Assembly: GCA_036170735.1 (NCBI GenBank) | Contig: JAVHPT010000028.1 | Location: forward strand, 1-44,384 | Reading direction: 5' to 3' | Length of the DNA: 44,384 nucleotides | From: Patescibacteria group bacterium | GTDB taxonomy: Bacteria; Patescibacteriota; Gracilibacteria; BD1-5; UBA2023 | Shown: one piece after another, positions 1 to 11,263 of the stretch | Layout of the letters: each line of letters opens with the position of its first letter | Numbering within the stretch: the stretch's first letter is position 1 | Position numbers and translations under genes: made by a program | Notes under the pieces: generated by a model | Told to the model about the DNA's origin: nothing | Seen by the model: only the letters and a program-made list of their open reading frames with translations | Database searches by the model: none

Positions 1-241
1 TGACACCGATGGAGAAATATGAAAAACTTTTGGAACTAAATCTTGTTTGTATATAGTTTCCTAAAGCTTGTGATATCTTACGAAGTAACTTTTCTACACA
101 ACCTGCCATAATTGTACATTGAAGATATATAAAATAAGCTCATATATGGAGATGAATTAGTGGTGCAGCTGATGCTGCAATAGGTTCATCATACGTCAAT
201 GATAGATCTTGGGGTTTTAATTACTGCAAACCCAAATAATC

Positions 242-274
242 ATAGCACCTATCTTTGACAGGTGCTATTTTTTT
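242..274 (+). terminator. Terminator-like hairpin plus T-run upstream of the J-protein gene
   Basis: ATAGCACCT (242-250) pairs perfectly with AGGTGCTAT (260-268) and is followed by a run of T. The GC-containing stem stands out in an AT-rich spacer. I found no convincing upstream + strand CDS, so what it terminates is unknown. Confidence 0.4.
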
Positions 275-307
275 GATAGAATATCTCTATTCTAAAATAT
301 ACCTACT

Positions 308-1000
308 ATGGCAAACAAAGATTATTATTCTACACTCTGAGTCAACAAAACTGCCACTGATGCCGAAATCAAAAAAGCCTACAAGAGAAAGGCGATGCAA
401 TATCACCCTGACCGGAATAAGAACGACAAAGGTGCTGAAGCAAAATTCAAAGAAGTCAATGAAGCCTATCAGACTCTCGGAGATAAAGAGAAGAGAAAAA
501 ACTATGACCAGTTTGGTTCTATGGAAGGAAATCCCTTTGGTGGAAGTGGAAGGGCAAGTCAATCGGATGGAAATGCAAATTCTTGAGGTTTCGAGGATAT
601 CTTTTCTCAATTCTCTGGTATGGGATGATGAAATCAGAGATTCGAATTTGATCTTGGTGATATGTTTGGTAGACGTACAAACAAGCAACAACAAACACAT
701 ACCCAAAGAGAGGAACCAAAGAAAGAAGCTCCAAATCTCGACGTCACAGAAATCATGGAAATCCCATTTCTTGATTTTCTCTTTGATACGAGTATCTCCA
801 TCAAGACTGTCTATGGAAAACATCTAACTCTCAAGATAAAGGCGGGAACAAAGCCAGGAACAAAGTTCAAGATATCTGGGAAATGAAGAACAATCGACGG
901 AAAAACAGGAGATATGTACGTTATCGTGGATGCGAAAATGCCGAAAAGTTTAGATCCTCAAATCATGAAAATGATCGAAGCAATTCGTTACCAGATATAA
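308..1000 (+). CDS. J-domain co-chaperone, DnaJ/CbpA-like, without the Cys-rich zinc-finger domain (230 aa)
   Basis: From ATG 308 the translation is [38 protein letters not shown]..., a canonical J domain with HPD. TGA 338-340 sits at the invariant Gly of LGV. The same frame continues through TGA at 584-586, 626-631 and 884-886 into a DnaJ C-terminal-type segment ([27 protein letters not shown]) and ends at TAA 998-1000. There are no CxxCxGxG repeats. Confidence 0.9.
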
Positions 1001-1134
1001 TCCTTACAAAAAGTAAACTTTTCTCTTGCTTTTTTCTGGTAATTTACAATAATCCCCAAATCTTTTTTATCATGGTATTTGCATGAAAGTAGATTTTGTG
1101 GTAGATTAATTACATATTATTACCTTTTTATCAT

Positions 1135-1515
1135 ATGAAGACTCATTCTAAATTAACTAACACTCCCAACCATCTCAATAATATTTCCACCGATACCCTA
1201 AAACTAAGAGAAAGTTCTGTGGATATTTCTGAAGTTTTTGATTGTAGCAACAGGATAAAGGAAGAAACGAACGAGATAAGTCAATCGTTGGCAAAATCGT
1301 GAATCATCTGAGAATTGGTACCATTTCAATCAGAACTATTGCAACTTGGGGAAAGTTGAGTAAAATGCCTCAGAGGTGCGATCCTAGTAATACTTGAGTG
1401 AGCCGAACACCGACCAGGAATTCCACCTTTCCATCTAAGCGAGATTCTCACTACAGAGCCCCTCCCGAAAACGATGAGAAGCTCATTCAAACAGCCTAGG
1501 AAGATTAGTGTTTAG
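1135..1515 (+). CDS. Hypothetical protein (126 aa)
   Basis: The frame from ATG 1135 to TAG 1513-1515 is open under code 25, with 4 in-frame TGA and no TAA/TAG over 127 codons of AT-rich sequence. I recognised no family. Confidence 0.45.
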
Positions 1516-1539
1516 ATATTTTTCCTTCTTATAAAGATT

Positions 1540-1860
1540 ATGAAGAATTTCCGCCTCCAAATTCTTCTTGAGAAAACGCCACTCACTGAAGCAGATAAAT
1601 ATAATATTTGCATTATTTTTGATGCTCTTTCCTTTTCTAGACAACAACAAATCTTGGATAACTGGCAAAGTTATCTAGAAAAAATCCTTGCTGAAAGAGT
1701 TGCTTTGGATGCTACATATTTGGAAGATGCTACTAATGCCCTCAAACAAGCCAATACGCTCCTCGATGAAACTATAATTCGGGAACAAGAGAAAGAAACT
1801 TATAAAGAGTATAAAAAACAACAAATCCGTTCTGAGCTTGAGAGTACCGTCGCCTACTGA
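1540..1860 (+). CDS. Hypothetical protein (106 aa), predicted helical
   Basis: The ORF is intact in the supplied track (MKNFRLQILLEKTPLTEADKY...). I recognised no family. Confidence 0.45.
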   Translation: MKNFRLQILLEKTPLTEADKYNICIIFDALSFSRQQQILDNWQSYLEKILAERVALDATYLEDATNALKQANTLLDETIIREQEKETYKEYKKQQIRSELESTVAY

Positions 1861-2101
1861 CAGATGCAGCGACTCAAACACATTAAAGAAATCAGTAAAA
1901 TCTCTACATAAATGGTGGAGATTCTTTATGTGAACGAATGATATGAAAAAAACAAGAAGAAAACGTTCATGGATTTGCTCTCATGCTCATTTTTTGCTAT
2001 ACTCATGTATATTCCTTGGTCAGGGATACTTCGTAGATAGTTTGCCTATGGCAAGATATGATCGTCTCTCGAACGATCGTTTTGCATTTCTATAATAAAG
2101 A

Positions 2102-3664
2102 ATGGAACAGCAACAAATAAATACATGAGCCGAAGAGCTTCATGAAAAGGAGGTCGAAGATAATCCTGTAGTTATATCAATTCAGACGTGACTTGATGGA
2201 TATAGACTTCGGAATTTTTATCTTACCAACTCATTTCAATGATTCACCTGGATGATGTTCCACTTTTCAGTGATGTACTTTTTTACCTTTCTGTTGCACA
2301 ATATTGCTCTCGTGGGAATCTTTCTCTGATTCGCAAATCTCATAGCTTTTTTTCTTGATATTCCTCTTGGGACTATCCAGAGATATATCTCAACAAAGCG
2401 CATGTTTATTATAGGTGTTATATCCCAACTTATTGCCGTTGGAATATTTTTTGGTTTTATATTCAAAATCTTTACCTTCATTCATGTCGCAAGCGGGATG
2501 ATTACACCAGATTCTCTTAAAACAGGAACGGATTGGTTTTTCTGAAGTGCATTAAACTGGATTGGTGTTATTATTGCATCTGTCTGTTATGGGCTTACCA
2601 AAGAAATCAATGATGTATCAACTTATGGGTATATCCTTTCTCGTGCCAACCCAAGTGACTATGGAGTTATCCTTTCTCAGAACAACATTACCTTCTGAAT
2701 AGGTGCAGTAACATGACTTATTCTTTCAGGAATTGTACTATGAACGAATAATATGGTTGCTCTTGTTATCCTGATTATTATTCTCATTAGTTTACTATTA
2801 TTCACAATACGGTTTTTTGATAACTCAGATGATTCTTTCACCCTTCAAGATATTCAGGACTTTAAGGTATCTATACAAAGGTTTAACATAGAAAATGTAA
2901 AAGAATATGTCGTTGAAACCGTACGAAAAGCCGATCTTGAGAAAATAGTCCAGGGAGCAAAATATCTCATCATGAAACCGAAGCAAAAGATAAATGAGAA
3001 GATTCCTTGGAAAGATATGGTTACCTCAACGAAAAAGGAATTTGGGATCATATGGAACATCATCTCTCATAAGCCACTTTACATGAATCTTGTTTGGACT
3101 GTTTCTCTTGTTCTTATATTTGGATTTTGGGATACATTTGCATCGAGTTTCCTTCTTGGCTTCTTAGATGATATCAAACATGGATGGAGCTATATTCTCC
3201 TTGCAATCATCGGTGTACCATGAATACTTCTTCAAGCACCAGCGAGCAAACTCTGACAAAAGATATGAGCAAAGACCGTTGGAATCATTGGACTCAGTTT
3301 ATCTGGGTTTTCTCTTATTCTTATGGGAATCATCGCTGCAACTCACGTACAGAATCCACTTATTGTTATCGTGGTTGCCCTTATCAATAGCCTCTGATTC
3401 GCTTTCGGTATGTCAACTGGGCAAAATTGATTTCTAGATATCTATAACCGGGTATATGCAAAACATGAGAATCTCATGGAAATAGATGCCAACGCCTCCT
3501 CTGGGCCAATAAAAATCGTTCAAAACTTCGCTAATGTTATTGGTCTTATATTCGGAGGATTTCTTGTGGATCTTGGATTCTCCCTTTTCTTTTTTATTTT
3601 TGGATGAATAGTTATTGGGGTACTTACTTGGACAATACTCAAAAAAGAAGAGATCATCCTATAG
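2102..3664 (+). CDS. MFS-type membrane transporter (520 aa)
   Basis: A single frame runs from ATG 2102 (preceded by two TAA) to TAG 3662-3664 with about 12 in-frame TGA. The translation is a series of hydrophobic helices with Gly-rich loops (FGIGAVTGLILSGIVLG, GIIGLSLSGFSLILMGIIA, GLIFGGFLVDLGFSLFFFIFGG), typical of major-facilitator proteins. The track fragment 2753-3223 is the middle of it. Confidence 0.7.
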
Positions 3665-3665
3665 A

Positions 3666-4643
3666 TTATCTCCACTCAAGTGTCACGGAACGATTCCGTA
3701 CAATCTCGACCTCAAGTTGATTGATAAGGCAAGAAAGATTCTTGTCTTTGAGAACAATCTTTTGTACCCACTCTCCTGCATATTTCTCCCATACATCGCG
3801 ATCAAAGGCCAAAAATGTAGAATCATCTTTTATCTGAGATATCTTATTTACAAGACGTCCAAGCATATCCTGAACTTTTTCCTTTTTTTCATCATGGATA
3901 CGGATGGTAGCAAGCTCGGTAAAGGGCGGATATTGAAAGTTCTTTCGTTCTTCCATGAGATACTGCAGAAAAGATTGATGATTGCCAAAGAGAATAATAT
4001 CAAGGAGTGGATGATCTGGAGTATATGTCTGAATATAGAGAGGGAATCCTTGTTTTTTAAAATATGAGATCTCCCCGAAAAGATGTTCTTCAAGGTCGTA
4101 TTCAGGTATGGAAAGGTTTACCTCAAAACAAAGAAATACTACAGCCCCGATATCATCACAAGGAAGCATCATAGCAATATTGGTTGCAATAATTACATCA
4201 CTTCATGCAACACTATGAAGCATATTTTCTGTTTTTTCACGAGCATCAGAATCAATACGAATGAGAGAAATTCCTTCAGGGAGGCTTGCTCGTAAATCTC
4301 ACTCTATTCGCTGAATTCCCACACCAACAGGGGTAAAGTGACTTCCCTTACAATTGGGACATACAATTGGATATGCCGTAGCCATATTGCACTGATGACA
4401 TATGAGCCGTTTTGTAGGTTCTGTGTGATATGCGAGAGCAATATCGCAATGCGGACACTTTTCAAAATGCCCACAATCTTTACACATCCAAGCACGAGAA
4501 TTTCCTCTTCGACTATAGAAGAGAAGTGTCTTCTTTCATACTTCCTTTTGTGATTGAATAATAGAGAGTAATTGGTCAGATATGTATGGCCCATGAAGGA
4601 AACTCGTAGCAAGCGGGATGATGGTAATAGTTGAGGGTGTCAC
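3666..4643 (-). CDS. priA: PriA-like C-terminal fragment (about 325 aa): helicase lobe 2 with an intact 4x CxxC zinc-binding region plus C-terminal domain; no helicase lobe 1
   Basis: Track fragments 3666-4172 and 4299-4487 are in one frame, joined through TGA. The translation reads ...LLFYSRRGNSRAWMCKDCGHFEKCPHCDIALAYHTEPTKRLICHQCNMATAYPIVCPNCKGSHFTPVGVGIQRIEG..., which is the PriA Cys-rich region. The frame is closed upstream by the nrdR stop codon at 4674-4676, and the only in-frame start is GTG 4641-4643. There is no Walker A/B region anywhere upstream. Confidence 0.65.
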
Positions 4644-4673
4644 GGGTGTTTTGTTTAGGGTTTGATTCGAGTT

Positions 4674-5120
4674 TTATCCTAGTTCATCTTCCATAAAATG
4701 GATAAATCCTTTTACGCTCTCATGATTATGATATATTGATGCGTAGCGCAAGAACGCTACCTCATCGAAATCTCGGAGCTTCCGAAGTATATCACGCCCA
4801 ATTCTCTTTGAAGTAATTCCCTGCTTATTTTGTGCCCACTCATTCTCAAGTGAGTTAATAGTATTCTCTAGTCTTTCTGGATTAAAGTCTCTTTTCGTAA
4901 GGGCCTTCATCATGGAGCTTGCAACTTTCGCACGATCATATTGTTCACTCTCACCTGATGATTTCGTTACCATGAACGAAACAAATTCAAGGCGCTCAAA
5001 CGTCGTGAAACGTGCACCACACTTTTCACACTCACGCCTTCGGCGTATTGCTTTCCCATCTTCGCTTGCACGTGAATCAATCACTTTGGTATCGAGATTA
5101 CGACATTTCGGACATTTCAT
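4674..5120 (-). CDS. nrdR: Transcriptional repressor NrdR (148 aa)
   Basis: The ORF is intact: MKCPKCRNLDTKVIDSR...CEKCGARFTTFERLE (zinc ribbon) followed by an ATP-cone-like segment. This is the NrdR family architecture from end to end, with no internal TGA. Confidence 0.92.
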   Translation of the reverse strand: MKCPKCRNLDTKVIDSRASEDGKAIRRRRECEKCGARFTTFERLEFVSFMVTKSSGESEQYDRAKVASSMMKALTKRDFNPERLENTINSLENEWAQNKQGITSKRIGRDILRKLRDFDEVAFLRYASIYHNHESVKGFIHFMEDELG

Positions 5121-5188
5121 AAGTAGGAGAAATAAGAAATAAGATTTTAAGAGATTTTGGAATATAGATATTTGAAAAACTACACTAT

Positions 5189-8100
5189 TTATTTCACTAG
5201 TATCTTTTCATATTTTCCAAGAGCAAAGACCTCTGGACGATATATGAAGTATGCAGTCACTGGTGGAAGAAGATAGGTACCAGCAAATTCTGGGCGAAAA
5301 TAATAGGTATATGTATGTTTATCTCCATACCCCCACTCTGCCATTGCTAAGATGCGATCATCTTTTGCCTCCACATGAGACCATACATTCCAATAATCAT
5401 ATCCATTTTGTCATGAATCTGAATTCAGTGCGCTCTCAGTCTTGAACACTCATCGAATTGGACGCCAACCACCTGGAACAAAGTCTTCGAGAGCAAGATG
5501 ATGCCAAGAGGTATGAGTATAGTCAGGTAAAGAAACTTGAAGTGTAACACGGTAGAGTTGTCCTTCCATAAAGGTATTCCCCGAGACAGGACTTGCGGCA
5601 AGAAATGTTCCATCACTACTCACTCATCGAGATTCATCGATACTCTCAAACGTACGGGAAACAGAAATATTTCCTTTTTGTATTGGTTTCATCGTAAAAA
5701 TATCAGATGGAACGTCATGAACAAGGAGCTCATAAAATGTTGGTACTGGAGCATCACGAGTAACTTCTATACTTTCGCCCACCTTTGATCGAGTTGTATC
5801 AACTTTTTGCCATGTATGCTCTGGGGAAAGTGAGAGATCAGCTATAAGGCCTTGGGCTCGTATAGCAATTTGCGAAGTGCCCTTTATGGGATTCATTGCT
5901 GTATGCTTTATAAGAGCATAGAGGAGTTGAATCTTCTCCTGCGTCGAAACATAGTATGATGAGAGGTCTGTGTCCCGAAGAAGTCCATCAAGTACATTCG
6001 CAGCATCTGGGGTACGACCACTGTCAAGGAGAAGCTGAGCATAGATAGCATTGTCAGCTCCCCTATCCCAATACCAATAATCCGTATCCTGTGGAGCGTT
6101 CATAAGAAGTGTAAGTCGCTTATCCACAGCATCAGAATATTGCCCAAGATACTGAAGTCCATAAGCATAGGCGAGATATCCATGACGTGATAATTTGGTT
6201 GGATCAATAACTTTTTCTAGTATTTTTGCTCTATCATTTTTCGCTCGTGCAAGCGTCCAGAAGACTTCTGCACGAAAATCTGGATCTGTCTCAAAAACGG
6301 TAGATCCGTTATCAAGAAGTCCGATAATAAAGTTAATACCATTATCGATATTTGCTTGCGGAATATCTACGCCAAGATCTCTAAAGGTAAATAGGCTCCT
6401 GATAACATATGGTGTCACATGATCATTTGCAAAATCATCATCTTCCCAATACTTCCATCCTCCTGAATAATGCTGCATTCGGAGAATCTTTTTTACTCAT
6501 GCATCAAGGTTTTCTTTTGCTTGTTTTGCATCGATAGTCGTGCTAACGAGCGATTGGAACTTGAGAGCAATCCCATTTGGGAGAGTACTCGAGACTGTTT
6601 GCTCAATACATCCATATGGATACTGAACCAATGAACGGATCGCAGTATCTGCATTAACAAGGAGTGATGAAGAGACTCGAAGAGAAACACGAGACTTATC
6701 AAAGTCCATTCCTACAGCCTTTGGAAGTGTGATCTCTGTCTTCGCTCCTGTCATAACGCCAAACTCTCTGGAAGTCGCCTCAAGAAGTGGGATTTCAGGA
6801 ATATGAATGGTTTTTGTAACACTATCAAGCACGTTTCACTGTTCAACAAGGGAAAGTGTATATGGAACAGTATCCTTCCAAGATGCTGGAACCGTGAGTA
6901 TAAAATCAGCACTCTTTGATTCACCAGGATTCAAGATCAGACTACGCTCTTGCTTGATCATGTTTCCTCATGTTCCCATAACAAGGGTCAATGTTGTACT
7001 TGTAACTTTTTTGGTTGAGTTAAAAGCAGAAGCCGTAATGGTTGTTGTATCACCAGGATAGGCAATATATGGAATGTGCGACTCGAGTGTATAATCTCGA
7101 CGAACCTGAATTGGTTTTTCAGCTACAGCAAAACGAGAATCCTTTGTCTGAGCAATGGTGATGATACGATAATCAGTTACGTTATCAGGAAGAGTAAAGG
7201 ATATCTTGGCATGTCCGGCCGTATCAGTAATCACAGAAGGATTATAATAAGCGGTATCTTTGAAGAGAACACGGGAAGAGATCTCCGTTCCTCCACCACC
7301 CTTATCTCCACTTCATCCATTCGAACCTTTTCGTGAAAGGAATCTATTTTGCTCCATACCGATAGCCGAGAGGGATGTTTTCATGGTGAATGGAAACTTC
7401 TGGAAAAACTTTGGTATAATATCAAGATCGATGTTTCCAAGGAGACGAATCAAGCTCTCATCAACCACCATAACAGCTACTTCACCTTGAAGTGGATTAC
7501 CAAACCTATCAGTAAGTGACAGACCGACATTCACTTGCTCTCGGTTTATATACTGTTCTTTATTAGGAGTAACTTGGAGTTTTGCCTTCTTATCACTCAG
7601 ATCTGTGACGATCTCCCCATATCCGACAGCATAGGAACGATTCCCATAAGTTGCACCTGGAGCAAATGCCGCAGCACCAATATAGACATTTGGGATGTCA
7701 CTATCATCGATGGTATATTCGCGAATGAGGGTATTCCCTGTCATCTGGATATATTCATGATCTATCACTCCTCCTCGTTCACGAGTAAGATAGAGATATC
7801 CTCCTGTAAATGGCGTTGTAATAAAGACTCTTGCCTTCTCGCCAAGTCGATAGACGGTTTTTTCTGGGATAACTCGAAGTTGGCTATCCTTGTTTACAAA
7901 GTCTCAAGCAACATAGAGAAGCGTGTCTGAAATACTCGAATCTGGAGGTGCCTCTTTTCCATCTGAGTTTGGAATAATCTTGAGATGGTATTCACCTGGA
8001 GATATTCAACGGGTTTCGATATCTAGTCCAGAACTCGTGAGAGATCCGCTTGCCACAATATCATCCTGCATTACTGGGATCATCGTTGCAGACATACGAA

Positions 8101-11005
8101 GATCATCCACTTTTACATTCTGATAGATGCGATGTATGAGCTCATAGGTATATTTTCCAGCAAGACTCAGATCCCATTCTCCATAGTGTGGCTTGACACT
8201 TCCAGTGATCTTTTCTCCAGGCTTGATAATCTTCTTCGTCGGAGTGAAGTCGAGTGGATTATCATATGCAAAAGTCTTGTAAGCGGCAGGCATCTTCGCA
8301 AGAAGTGTTGCTGGAGTCACCACCTCCTCTCCCGTCATTGGGTCTGCAATCGTCACCTCAGCGGTATACATGTAATCTCCATAGAATGAAGAAAAATCTA
8401 CAGGAATACGGAAAAATCCCATACCCTCGCTATCTATTACCCCTGTTCACTCAGTGTAAAACTCTGGTGTTGGCTCGAAATAACATCACCAAAAACAGTC
8501 ATTCCAATAATCATCCAGATAATGTTCATTTCGATAGATTCGATAGCTAAATGGGGCTCCCTTGATCTGTGCTCCATTGTAGTAATGTGCCTTCACAACA
8601 CCCTCAAGTGCAATAGTAGAAGTATAAATATCAATATACCAAGGAGTATTTGGGTCTGTATTGACCTTCTTTCTAAGGCTCGTCACGACACCATTCTCAA
8701 CATCTGGACTCTTCAAGGAAACGTCTGCTGTAAATGTTGGATTTTTGAATACTTCAACTTGGAAACTTGTATTACCATTACCTATATATCCATCCGCGCT
8801 TGCAAATGGGGTTACGGTGACATTATATGAACCAAGGGAAGCCTCTTTATTAAGGTCAAAATCAAAGGAAAGTGTACCATATTCATTCGGGTGCATGGTA
8901 GTATTTTTTACTTCTGTTCCAACAGGATCGGTTATGCTGACAACAAAACTTGCATCCGTTGGAATGGTGAGTTTGGTATCATTTTTTCGGAGGATGGCAT
9001 GTACATATACCTTTTCTCATGGAAGATAGAGACGGCGATCAGTATGAATATATGCGCTGTAGAGTGGTCGTGTCTCCCAAGAATAATCAGAGTCCTTGAG
9101 CCCAAAATTCCATCCCGTAATTCCATCATTCCATGTACTCACGACATATCCAAAGTGCCCATCACTAATGGATGTTGCCACAAAAGAACTGTATCGTCCC
9201 TCATATTCCCGCCATGGATATTCATTGGAGAGTCCATATGGAGTATTGTAATCATCTGCCTTAAGCTTGTCCTTTTGTGTCGAAAGAAATCCACCAACAT
9301 CTGTCTGTCAAACCATCACTCCTGGGGCAAATGATGAGGTTGAAAGAGGAAGATATATGATATCATATTTTTGTGTTGTTTTATTCCATTGCTCATTATA
9401 GGTACGAGAGATATTCTGAGAAAGGGTTATTGTTTGATTCTCTCGTGGTTTTCCTGTACTCAGATCCGTAACAAGGAAGCTCATCTTTCCGCTTGCATCA
9501 ACCTTCATAGTAATCTGACTATCTACAATAGAAAATACTCGTGGCGCGACAAACCGATCAAATCCACCAACATCTTCTGCATTACGGAATGCGAGGATAT
9601 AGAGTCAAGGGGAAAGAGACTTGGTTGGAGAAAAGTCCCGAACATCAAATGGAGCCATGAGAGCACCTGAATCAATGACAATATCCTTCTTCGTACACGA
9701 TGAAGTATCGCTTGAAGAAAGGAGACTATAAAGAGATGGCGTATATTCTTGTTTTCCCTCTTCTACCATTCGTTCAACCTTTGCATACCACTCAATGGAT
9801 ATTTTGCAGAGCTTGAGTGTATACTCATTCTTTGGAATTTTAAGTGCATAGAGCTTGGCAGGAAGCGGTTCATCGGCACGAAAGATAGTTCGATGATTTT
9901 CTAATCAAAGAGAAAGGAATGGTTTCTGAACTGGAGTAAAATCCATTTTCATATTTACCTTTCGTCCATAAATATCAGGAACATCATGGAGGGTGATTGT
10001 ATATTTTTGTCATTCACGAAAAGCTCCTATGAGACTTGCTCGGTTTGGAGTAAGAGCAATATTTGCTTCGGTGAGAGGAACACTAGGGGATATATCTAGC
10101 TCCTTTAGAAATGCCAATTTTGCATCACTTCGGTTCTTCATATATTCTGGACTATAGAGCTTCCCACTATCAGCATAGATATCTTCAGAAAAGTTGAACT
10201 CAATACGACTCTGTATGTCATACTCCGGTGAGAGCATATCAAGTACTAGTCCCGTCGCGGAAAATGGGGAAAGTTGTCGATCGACAATCGTATGAAAATC
10301 TCCTCAGACTCAAGCAATAATACATACCCGGAGATTATTCCTATCATAATCAAGGGTATAAGTTGCCTTGTCTATCTGGCCCATCTTACTTTCGGAAACT
10401 TTCAGAGTTTTGAGTTTCTGGAACTGCAATGAATCCCATGCTTCAGATATCTCACAACTTTGCTTTGGGTTGGTGTGGATATACCAGTGTATATAATCAG
10501 GATTAAGTCATGGGTATCCATACATATTCACACTATACGTACGTTCTCGAGGAAGTCAGGTGGGACTAATCTCTATATCACGAGGAAACTCGCTCTGAAC
10601 AAGCGTGATATCCCGGGGAAGACGGTACTTAGTCATCCGTATATCATTATATTTATCTGCATCAATCCTGAGGGTAGCAGACTTTTTCATATTATTTACA
10701 CTCACTCTCACATATTCCCCACTCACTACAAGTTGTCATTCGGATGACACGGTGGGATTAAAAGGATTCCCATCTAAGAAAAGTGAGTTAAGAATTGCTC
10801 AGGAATCAAGGATATTTCCGTCGTAGGTATCTATGAGAAAGTATGGCTTCGCCACAACAAACTGCATCACATTCCCCGATTGTTTCTCCTGTCTGGCAAA
10901 AGGAAAAGAAAGCGTCTCTGTCTCAAGTATGTAAGCATAATATCCGAGAGCCCCAACAGATACAAACGCAAGAAGCACGAGTAGTCATCGAAGTATTGCT
11001 TTCAT
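5189..11005 (-). CDS. Bacterial alpha-2-macroglobulin family protein with intact thioester motif (1,938 aa)
   Basis: Nine track fragments (5189-5374 up to 10010-10237) share one frame. I scanned every gap and found only TGA, never TAA/TAG. The N-terminus MKAILRGLLVLLAFVSVGALGYYAY is a signal/anchor helix. It carries YPYGCIEQTVSSTLPN (thioester), HYSGGWKYWEDD...HVTPYVIRSL (thioester domain) and a C-terminal ...DYWNVWSHVEAKDDRILAMAEW...FRPEFAGTYLLPPVTAYFIYRPEV (A2M C-terminal domain). Confidence 0.9.
6599..6610 (-). other. Thioester CxEQ motif (CIEQ) of the alpha-2-macroglobulin
   Basis: The reverse complement of 6599-6610 is TGT ATT GAG CAA (C I E Q), within YPYGCIEQ. Confidence 0.85.
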
Positions 11006-11263
11006 AGATTAAATGGAGTAAGGAACAGAACTTGCTTGGATTTCCGAGCGGGATGCAGACCTTCCCGAAGGATAGGTCAAATAGGGTGAGAAAAGTAAAG
11101 TGGAATTTTAGCTTTACGAACGACAATGCGGATCTTCGAGAGCAGAGCTCTCATATAAAAGGAAAATGGCTGGTAAAGTTGAAGGAATTATAGTAGTTTA
11201 TATCGACTTTGCAACACAAAATATGGGATTTGCGAAAAAGGGAAACATGAGTATATTCGTGAA

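Noticed and set aside
1-109. Possible 5' end of a minus-strand gene leaving the window (MAGCVEKLLRKISQALGNYIQTRFSSKSF...)
   Set aside because: Only about 36 codons are visible, with no recognisable family and no RBS-like support. It cannot be distinguished from chance in a code with only two stop codons.
255-827. 190-aa + ORF and 178-aa - ORF from the track overlapping the J-protein gene
   Set aside because: They are out of frame with, or antisense to, a gene with an unmistakable J domain, and their translations are low-complexity.
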